Of a stretch of DNA of 64,000 nt, positions 56,896 to 64,000 are shown in pieces. The translations under genes were made by a program, and so were the position numbers. A model generated the notes under the pieces. It was not told the origin of the DNA. It made no database searches and saw only the letters and a program-made list of their open reading frames with translations. The stretch comes from Ekhidna sp. (GTDB lineage: Bacteria; Bacteroidota; Bacteroidia; Cytophagales; Cyclobacteriaceae). The number at the start of each line of letters is the position of its first letter. Within the stretch, counting starts at the first letter, position 1. Location of the stretch: contig JACONI010000072.1 in the NCBI GenBank assembly GCA_014323825.1, positions 5,398 through 69,397 on the forward strand, read 5' to 3'.

Positions 56896-57414
56896 CTAAT
56901 TCTTGTTTTTAAACCAACTCGCATAAAGATTGTAGTTTCCGGCAATTCTTCTTAGCATTTCTTTGTTTTCTTCATCCATTTCCTTTAGTTTTCGTGCAGG
57001 TATACCTCCATAGACGCTGTTTTCTTCGACAGTAAATCCTGACTTAACCACAGCCCCTGCTCCTACAATAGTGCCTGATTTTACAACTGCATTATCAAGG
57101 ACAATCGCACCCATGCCAATGAGCACGTTATCTTCTATGGTGCATCCGTGCACAACCGCATTATGTCCAATCGAAACGTTGTTACCTATGGTGGTTCCTG
57201 CCTTTTCATAGGTCCCGTGTATCGTAACATTATCCTGAATGTTTGTATTATTTCCTATTCGAATGAAATTAACATCACCTCTTACAACAGCACTAAACCA
57301 AACAGTGCAGTTATCGCCCATTGTTACATCACCAATAATAACTGCATTTTCAGCAAACCAACACTCATCTCCATATTGAGGTATTTTTCCCTTTACCGAC
57401 CGAATTAATGTCAT
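56896..57414 (-). CDS. Gamma-carbonic-anhydrase-family (hexapeptide repeat) protein
   Basis: IGDV.MG....VWFSAVVRGDVN.IRIG..TNIQD...H, IGH..VVHGC; start reassigned to MTLIRSVKGKIP (ATG at 57414). Confidence 0.92.
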   Translation of the reverse strand: MTLIRSVKGKIPQYGDECWFAENAVIIGDVTMGDNCTVWFSAVVRGDVNFIRIGNNTNIQDNVTIHGTYEKAGTTIGNNVSIGHNAVVHGCTIEDNVLIGMGAIVLDNAVVKSGTIVGAGAVVKSGFTVEENSVYGGIPARKLKEMDEENKEMLRRIAGNYNLYASWFKNKN

Positions 57415-57474
57415 AATTGATAAAAGTATCATTAATTCCAATAAAATATGCTGACAAAGTGTCATTATTATTTC

Positions 57475-57482
57475 TATCTTTG
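57475..57482 (+). promoter_or_regulatory. -7 element directly before the miaB start
   Basis: TATCTTTG followed by only CAGA before the ATG at 57487. Confidence 0.55.
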
Positions 57483-57486
57483 CAGA

Positions 57487-58941
57487 ATGCAAGGATTAAT
57501 AGCAGATATTGACTTATTAGAAGAGGAAAAAAACCGGGCAAAAGTTTGTGATTTCAAAACAACAGAAGATAACGGCATAAAAACAAACCGCAAACTGTAC
57601 ATTGAGAGTTATGGTTGTCAGATGAACTTTTCCGATAGTGAGATTGTCACTTCCATTTTACAAAAAGAAGGCTTTGGAACTACATCCTCAGCAAAAGATG
57701 CAGATGTAATACTCATAAATACCTGCTCCATCAGAAAGAAAGCCGAACAAACAGTACGTAACAGGCTGAGTTACTTCAATGGAGTTAAGAAAAAAAATCC
57801 GGATGTTACCGTGGGAGTATTAGGATGTATGGCTGAGAGGTTGAAAGCAAAACTCCTGGAAGAGGAAAAGATAGTCGATCTTGTGCTTGGTCCGGATGCT
57901 TACAGAGACCTTCCCGAGCTTGTGAAGAAGGCTGAGGAAGGAGAAAAAGGAATCAATACTTTTTTATCAAGAGAAGAAACCTATGCAGATATATCTCCCG
58001 TCCGGCTAAACTCAAATGGAGTTACCGCATTCATTGCTATCATGAGAGGATGTGACAATATGTGTTCCTTCTGTGTTGTTCCCTTCACAAGAGGCCGTGA
58101 AAGAAGCAGATCTCCCCATTCCATCGTCAAAGAGGCAAAAGATCTTTTTGACAGAGGTTATCGGGAGGTGACATTGCTTGGACAAAATGTAGACTCGTAC
58201 AAATGGTCTGCTGAAGAGAACAACAAAGCAAGACTTAATAAAAAAGAGAATGTTGCTACTGTCAACTTTGCAAACCTCTTGGAAATGGTCGCAAAAATAG
58301 ACCCTAAATTACGCATTCGATTTTCTACTTCTCATCCAAAAGATATCACTGATGAAGTATTATTTACGATGAAAACTTATGATAATATTTGTAAGTACAT
58401 TCACCTTCCTGCTCAGAGCGGTAATTCTAAAGTACTTAAATTAATGAATAGAACCTACGATAGAAAGTGGTACATCAATCGTATAAATGCAATAAGAAGC
58501 ATTCTTGGAACATCATGCGGAATCAGTTCAGACATCATCGCCGGATTTTGCACCGAAACTGAAGAAGATCATCAAGAAACACTTACGTTAATGGATTATG
58601 TGAAGTATGACTTCTCGTATACATTCTTCTATTCGGAAAGACCCGGCACTTTAGCTGCTAAAAAATACGAAGATGATATTCCTCTTGAAGTAAAGAAAAA
58701 GCGGCTACAAGAAATCATTGATAAACAGAGAGAGATTTCTCTGGAAAGAAATCAACTTGATTTGGGTAAGACCTTTGAAGTACTTATTGAAGGAAAGAGT
58801 AAACGTTCGGAAGAGAAAATGCAGGGACGAAATTCCGCTAACAAAGTTATTGTTTTTGAAGGAAGTTATCCAAAGGGCTCCTACGTAAACGTGAAAGTAA
58901 CCGATTGCACGGCAGCTACACTTTTTGGAAAAATAGTATGA
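57487..58941 (+). CDS. miaB: tRNA-i6A37 methylthiotransferase MiaB
   Basis: [26 protein letters not shown], radical-SAM [11 protein letters not shown]-terminal TRAM; start reassigned to MQGLIADID. Confidence 0.96.
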   Translation: MQGLIADIDLLEEEKNRAKVCDFKTTEDNGIKTNRKLYIESYGCQMNFSDSEIVTSILQKEGFGTTSSAKDADVILINTCSIRKKAEQTVRNRLSYFNGVKKKNPDVTVGVLGCMAERLKAKLLEEEKIVDLVLGPDAYRDLPELVKKAEEGEKGINTFLSREETYADISPVRLNSNGVTAFIAIMRGCDNMCSFCVVPFTRGRERSRSPHSIVKEAKDLFDRGYREVTLLGQNVDSYKWSAEENNKARLNKKENVATVNFANLLEMVAKIDPKLRIRFSTSHPKDITDEVLFTMKTYDNICKYIHLPAQSGNSKVLKLMNRTYDRKWYINRINAIRSILGTSCGISSDIIAGFCTETEEDHQETLTLMDYVKYDFSYTFFYSERPGTLAAKKYEDDIPLEVKKKRLQEIIDKQREISLERNQLDLGKTFEVLIEGKSKRSEEKMQGRNSANKVIVFEGSYPKGSYVNVKVTDCTAATLFGKIV

Positions 58942-60218
58942 GTTATAAAATAGATTCTGAAATACAAGCTGTAAAACAGCGATTCGAGATCATAGGGAAT
59001 GCTCAAAAGCTAAATAACGCCATTCGTGTTGCAATCCAAGTTGCTCCTACTGATATGAGTGTACTTATCACCGGTGAAAGTGGCGCAGGTAAAGAGTCTT
59101 TTTCAAAGATCATACACAGCCTTTCTCACAGAAAGCATGGTCAGTTTATTGCCATAAATTGTGGAGCCATTCCGGAGGGAACCATCGATTCCGAATTATT
59201 TGGTCACGAAAAAGGGGCCTTTACAGGTGCAACAGGCGACAGAAAAGGTTATTTTGAAGTAACTGACGGTGGAACCATCTTCCTTGACGAAATCGGAGAA
59301 ATGCCTCCCGGCACGCAGGCTCGTCTTCTACGAGTTCTGGAGAATGGAGAATTCATTAAAGTTGGATCTTCTAAAGTTCAAAAAACCAACGTTAGGGTCA
59401 TAGCTGCTACCAATGTAAACCTTCTGGAGGCTGTGGGTAAAGGTAAGTTCAGGGAAGATTTGTACTATCGATTAAGCACTGTGCCCATTTACGTTCCCCC
59501 ATTAAGAGAACGTAACAGTGATGTCATCCTTCTCTTCAAAAAGTTCGCCTACGATTTCGCAGAACATTATAAGACCGACCCTATCAAACTGACTCCGGAA
59601 GCAGAAGAGTACTTAAAATCTCACCGATTCCCGGGAAATATCAGACAGTTGAAAAATATTGTAGAGCAAATTAGTCTTTTAAGCCCGGAGAGGGAGATAG
59701 CTGTAGACCAATTGCAGCGGTACCTTCCCAGAACAGGGAGTAACCTTCCGGCACTGGTATCTAATGGTGAGTCCCGGGAAGACTTCTCAGAAAGAGATAT
59801 TTTGTACAAAGTGCTATTTGACATGAAAGCTGATATGGCTGAGTTGAAAAAGTTAGTATTTAAAATGCTTGAAGGAAATGATAGTGAGAATGAAATATTA
59901 GAAGACCATAAGCAGCTTTTTCAAAATATTGAAACCCCTTATAATCAGCTAAGCGAGTATCATCTAGAAGCACATGAAGAAAGTGAACCTCGTGTAATAA
60001 TTGCCAATGAAGAAGAGCACTATGATGCTGATGTAGAAGACATTACTCATGAAACAGCATCAGATGAGTCCCTTTCGTTAGAGAGGAAGGAAAAAGAACT
60101 TATTATAAGAGCTTTGAAAAAAAATAACAACAAACGAAAATATGCAGCAGAAGACCTGGGCATTTCGGAACGAACTTTGTATAGAAAGATAAAGCAATAT
60201 GAACTTGAAAAACTTTAG
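58938..60218 (+). CDS. Sigma-54 interaction (bEBP) AAA+ regulator with Fis HTH and no N-terminal sensor domain
   Basis: [63 protein letters not shown]; ATGA overlap with the miaB stop. Confidence 0.93.
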   Translation: MSYKIDSEIQAVKQRFEIIGNAQKLNNAIRVAIQVAPTDMSVLITGESGAGKESFSKIIHSLSHRKHGQFIAINCGAIPEGTIDSELFGHEKGAFTGATGDRKGYFEVTDGGTIFLDEIGEMPPGTQARLLRVLENGEFIKVGSSKVQKTNVRVIAATNVNLLEAVGKGKFREDLYYRLSTVPIYVPPLRERNSDVILLFKKFAYDFAEHYKTDPIKLTPEAEEYLKSHRFPGNIRQLKNIVEQISLLSPEREIAVDQLQRYLPRTGSNLPALVSNGESREDFSERDILYKVLFDMKADMAELKKLVFKMLEGNDSENEILEDHKQLFQNIETPYNQLSEYHLEAHEESEPRVIIANEEEHYDADVEDITHETASDESLSLERKEKELIIRALKKNNNKRKYAAEDLGISERTLYRKIKQYELEKL

Positions 60219-60723
60219 TCCGGCTACTTTTCTACTCATACTTTGTATCTCTACAGGCTGCGGAGTTTATTCTTTTACAGGAGCATCAATCTCTCCTGAT
60301 GTAAAAACGATCTCAATCCAAACATTTTATAATAATGCCCCCCTTGGCCCCTCAACGATGAGTGTCACATTTACTGAAAAAATTAAAGATTACTACCAGC
60401 AAAATACAAGTCTTCAACTTATAGACAATAATGGAGACCTTCAAATAGATGGATTCATTACAAACTACACCATTACCCCCGTAGCGGCAAATACCGGAGG
60501 TAATCAGGGTCAAGATTTTTCCGCACTCTCCAGAATTACCATCACAATTTCTGCAACTTACATTAACCTAAAAGATCCTACTTTTGATTTTGATAAAAAT
60601 TTCTCGTTTTTTAGAGATTATGACACAGACATTGACTTAGCTTCTAATGAAGAACAATTTGTTGAAGAGATTTTTGATCAAATAATTTTAGATATCTTCA
60701 ATGCATCTGTTGCAAATTGGTGA
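60199..60723 (+). CDS. lptE: LPS-assembly lipoprotein LptE family
   Basis: Lipobox STG|C-GVYSFTGASI, RITITI...F...FS, EQFVEEI..QI..DIFN..VANW; conserved position after the bEBP. Confidence 0.8.
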   Translation: MNLKNFSPATFLLILCISTGCGVYSFTGASISPDVKTISIQTFYNNAPLGPSTMSVTFTEKIKDYYQQNTSLQLIDNNGDLQIDGFITNYTITPVAANTGGNQGQDFSALSRITITISATYINLKDPTFDFDKNFSFFRDYDTDIDLASNEEQFVEEIFDQIILDIFNASVANW

Positions 60724-60764
60724 TTTTACTGTAATTTTAGATTTAATATCTTTTATCTAAGCCC

Positions 60765-62153
60765 GTGAACAAAACCGAGTTAATCGAATTCTTGAGATAC
60801 CCAAGTAAACTCACCTCATCAAACTTAGACGAACTTGAAGGTGTTATTCGGGAAGCTCCTTATTTTTTAAGTGCCCGGTTGCTGTTAGCTAAAGGAAGCA
60901 AAGAACTTGGTGATAAGAAAACCCAAAAAAGGATAGCTTCGGCAGCTATTTATTCAACAGATCGGATACTTCTAAAAAAATACCTAAGTAGTAATCTGTT
61001 TTTCTTGGGACAGGCAGTTGCAGAAGAATCAGCTACTCCATCCAAAACCAAAAAAGTAGCTTCACAACCTGATTCAGTAGAGGGAGTTAATAGGCAAGAA
61101 GAATTCAGACCCAGAGCAGATAAACGTCCCAGTAATCTGAAAGTGGAGAAAAAAGGTCTCTCTACACCTCAGGTACCGGTAGGAGGTCTCGATGCTTTAC
61201 TTGATGAGCTGGAACACGACATGAAAAATCTCAAAGCCTCCAGACATCATTTTGCAGAAATTCAACAGAATATTGAAGAGGAAGATGCTGTAGCTAAAGC
61301 GATTAATGAAAATAAATTAGAAATAGAAAAAAGTCCTTCCTATCCTTCTGAAAAACAGTCAGAGGAACCAAAAACAGTTTATTTCGAGGAGAAGCCAATT
61401 AAATCTAAGAAGGAAGATGAAGCCGAAACAGAATTTAAGATTGAACTTAATCCGAAAGAAGAACAGATTTTTAGCAAAAAATTAGAAGAACTCTCCGGAG
61501 AAAAGAAGAAAGAAGTCAAAAAACCAAAAGAACAAGAAGAGAGAGAAGAAAAACTAGTTGATCAAAAAAATGATAAAGGAGTTGAAAAATCAATTAGCGA
61601 GCCACGTTTCTCCAGATTTTCTACAAGAAGCTACCTTAAAAATTTAAAAACAGATTTTGAAAGTGACTTTGATTTCTTTGGTAAGGACGAAAAAAAAGAA
61701 GATGCAAATACTAAAGCAGCATCTTCTGAAAACAAAGTCAAAAAAATAGAAGAGAAGGAAGCATTTAAGAAATTAACTTCAAAAAGCAGAGAAGCAGATA
61801 AAGCACCATCTTCAAAATCAGCTAAAAAAAAGGGGGGCACAAAAAAAGATGAGCCTAAAAAGGACGACTCAAAAGAAAATGACAAATCTGATCGTGAGAA
61901 ACAAACAAACGTCATTGATAAATTCATTAAAGAGTCACCTTCCATAAAGTATACCAAAAAAGATGAGATTTCAACCACCGACCTGGCAGAGACCAGTGCT
62001 TCATGGGATAGAAACCTTGCCTCTGAGTATCTCGCAGAAATTTATCTTAAACAGGGGAATAAAAAGAGGACAAAAGAAATCTATAAAGCGTTGATGTTGA
62101 AATATCCGGAAAAAAAACCTTACTTTGCAGATTTAATTTCAAAGATCGAATAA
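60765..62153 (+). CDS. Conserved hypothetical protein with K/E-rich disordered centre and C-terminal TPR-like helix pair
   Basis: N-term PYFLSARLLLAK...AAIYSTDR..L; C-term IDKFIKESPSI...SEYLAEIYLKQG..K...IY..L.LKYPEK..YFA..I. Confidence 0.75.
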   Translation: MNKTELIEFLRYPSKLTSSNLDELEGVIREAPYFLSARLLLAKGSKELGDKKTQKRIASAAIYSTDRILLKKYLSSNLFFLGQAVAEESATPSKTKKVASQPDSVEGVNRQEEFRPRADKRPSNLKVEKKGLSTPQVPVGGLDALLDELEHDMKNLKASRHHFAEIQQNIEEEDAVAKAINENKLEIEKSPSYPSEKQSEEPKTVYFEEKPIKSKKEDEAETEFKIELNPKEEQIFSKKLEELSGEKKKEVKKPKEQEEREEKLVDQKNDKGVEKSISEPRFSRFSTRSYLKNLKTDFESDFDFFGKDEKKEDANTKAASSENKVKKIEEKEAFKKLTSKSREADKAPSSKSAKKKGGTKKDEPKKDDSKENDKSDREKQTNVIDKFIKESPSIKYTKKDEISTTDLAETSASWDRNLASEYLAEIYLKQGNKKRTKEIYKALMLKYPEKKPYFADLISKIE

Positions 62154-62525
62154 ATGTACGGAGTAGTTGTAACGCTGATTGTAATTGTTGCTGTTTTATT
62201 AATCCTTGTTGTGTTAGCTCAAAATCCAAAAGGTGGAGGGCTCTCCAGCCAATTTGGCGGTTCCGGAACCACTCAGTTAATGGGTGTTAAAAAGACAGGT
62301 GACCTTTTAGAAAAGCTCACCTGGGGATTTGCAATCGCTCTTTTAATATTATCTGTAAGTACCAGCTTCATACAACCTGCTCAGGATGAAGAAGATGTGC
62401 TATCAAGTCCAAACATCGACAATGCTCAAAACACAACCCTCCCTCCTGTCATTCAGCCTGCTGATGTCGACAGTGATGTACTTGAAGGTCTGACTGAAGA
62501 CGCAGCAGATAGTGCCGGAAACTAA
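62154..62525 (+). CDS. secG: Preprotein translocase subunit SecG
   Basis: LILVVLAQNPKGGGLSSQFGG...GVKKTGDLLEKLTW. Confidence 0.95.
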   Translation: MYGVVVTLIVIVAVLLILVVLAQNPKGGGLSSQFGGSGTTQLMGVKKTGDLLEKLTWGFAIALLILSVSTSFIQPAQDEEDVLSSPNIDNAQNTTLPPVIQPADVDSDVLEGLTEDAADSAGN

Positions 62526-63238
62526 GCCGCTTCCGAAATTCTTCTTACCAACATCCTCTTTGCTATCGGCAAAACTGTAGACTCTAGAGGAAATTTTAAT
62601 TTGGAGATCGCCGCATAAGTAGCAGGATTTGGGAGGTCAGAGTAGCTACGAGTAAGTTCTATTTTAATATTTTCATAAGTCTTGTTAATTTTCCTGACCT
62701 CATTCCTAATATAATGAGTATTCAAACTTCTGTATTTCTCCTCCGCATGTTCAAATAAAGTCATTTGATAGCGATAAATCGCCACATCAGCCTGATTATC
62801 CTGATTGATTAAAAGGTATCCTTCATCTGCATAGATCGGCGTTAAGCCTACGGGAACCATTTCAATATTTTCTTCCACAAACTCATAAAGTTCCTTACCC
62901 TCCTCCAGAATATCTCTTATTCTGGGCAACGCAAAAAGAAGTATTTCTTCAATCTGACACATTACCTCGTCATCATTTACAATCTTATCGTATGTCAGTT
63001 GAAGCTTGGCAAAATCAGCCCTGGATAGTGATTTGGGAAAATTATCATGAAGTAATTCTTTACTCTCTTTCACTTTGATAAGGTTTCGATAGTGAAATAC
63101 CAAGTCTGCCATAAATGGATAAAGCTCAGACTGATTGAAGCGGCTCTTGACATCTTTCAGATAAGCTAATAAAATATACTTTTTATACTCATAGTCAATT
63201 AATCCTTCCGTTAACCAATCATGCTTAAGTGTATTCAT
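62522..63238 (-). CDS. Conserved hypothetical protein (Bacteroidota)
   Basis: 238-aa ORF, WLTEGLIDYEYKKYILLAYL...P.PATY...P..STVLPIAKR.L; no function recognised. Confidence 0.75.
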   Translation of the reverse strand: MNTLKHDWLTEGLIDYEYKKYILLAYLKDVKSRFNQSELYPFMADLVFHYRNLIKVKESKELLHDNFPKSLSRADFAKLQLTYDKIVNDDEVMCQIEEILLFALPRIRDILEEGKELYEFVEENIEMVPVGLTPIYADEGYLLINQDNQADVAIYRYQMTLFEHAEEKYRSLNTHYIRNEVRKINKTYENIKIELTRSYSDLPNPATYAAISKLKFPLESTVLPIAKRMLVRRISEAA

Positions 63239-63334
63239 ATTATACTTATTTAAACCTGAAACTTAATTTTCAAACGACAAATTGACAAGCTAGTTTCAAC
63301 TGAAATTTAAACAAAAAGAATTAATCTGAAATAT

Positions 63335-63389
63335 TGTCAGTTTAACCTGTCAGATTACCTGACAAAAACCTTTTGGCATATAAAATGAT
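63335..63389 (+). promoter_or_regulatory. Candidate groESL control region: TGTCAG repeats and a sigma-54-like -24/-12 element
   Basis: TGTCAG (63335), TGTCAG-N5-CTGACA (63348-63364), then TGGCA with GG-N10-GA (63375-63388). Confidence 0.5.
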
Positions 63390-63434
63390 AAGGTGATGAT
63401 ATTTATAAAAATTAAACTTTAAACGATTAATAAC

Positions 63435-63713
63435 ATGTCAAAAGTAAATTTCAAACCGCTTGCCGACAGAGTTTTAGTGGAGCCTGCGGCAGCTGAAGAA
63501 AAAACAGCCAGTGGAATTATTATTCCCGATACCGCTAAAGAAAAGCCGCAACAAGGAACAATTGTTGCAATCGGAACCGGCAAGAAAGACGAACCAATTA
63601 ATGTCAAAGTTGGTGATCAGGTTCTTTACGGAAAGTATTCCGGTACTGAAGTTACCATAGAAAATAGTGATTACCTCATTATGAAGGAATCAGACATTTA
63701 CGGAATTATTTAA
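63435..63713 (+). CDS. groES: Co-chaperonin GroES
   Basis: [11 protein letters not shown]...[19 protein letters not shown]. Confidence 0.99.
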   Translation: MSKVNFKPLADRVLVEPAAAEEKTASGIIIPDTAKEKPQQGTIVAIGTGKKDEPINVKVGDQVLYGKYSGTEVTIENSDYLIMKESDIYGII

Positions 63714-63727
63714 TCACATTAATCTAA

Positions 63728-64000
<273 letters not shown>

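Noticed and set aside
57415-57492. Overlapping extended starts of gamma-CA (57492) and miaB (57448), and of the bEBP (58905)
   Set aside because: Family-typical N-termini begin at 57414, 57487 and 58938; the extensions cross the promoter or the neighbouring gene.

Overview
Chromosomal window from a Bacteroidota genome, probably Cytophagales. Evidence: T9SS cargo and PorP/SprF genes, TAnnTTTG promoters, Gln at +1 after most signal peptides, and the miaB-bEBP-lptE-orf-secG-groES/groEL block. The flanks are housekeeping: pckA and leuS on the left; holin-like gene, gamma-CA, miaB to groEL on the right. Between them is a ~47.5 kb divergent cell-envelope locus (8988-56539). The leftward arm encodes a beta-barrel, an NTT-HEAT-cNMP fusion, a triple TIR-like protein, a membrane-anchored nSTAND1 NTPase with coiled coil and WD40 propeller, a second barrel with a helical N-domain, an acidic-signal lipoprotein and a 4663-aa T9SS type-A protein. 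The rightward arm encodes a PorP/SprF-SPOR fusion, an FG-GAP type-B cargo, a small decayed insertion (two pseudogenes), a 4590-aa SprB-like type-B cargo and a PorP/SprF. The best candidate for an undescribed system is the STAND/TIR/NTT-cNMP module, which reads like an NLR/TIR-style trans-envelope signalling chain coupled to giant surface proteins. Both giant genes carry near-identical in-frame DNA repeats. No rRNA, tRNA, CRISPR array, integrase or transposase was seen. All domain calls are by-eye motif recognition; no database search was run.
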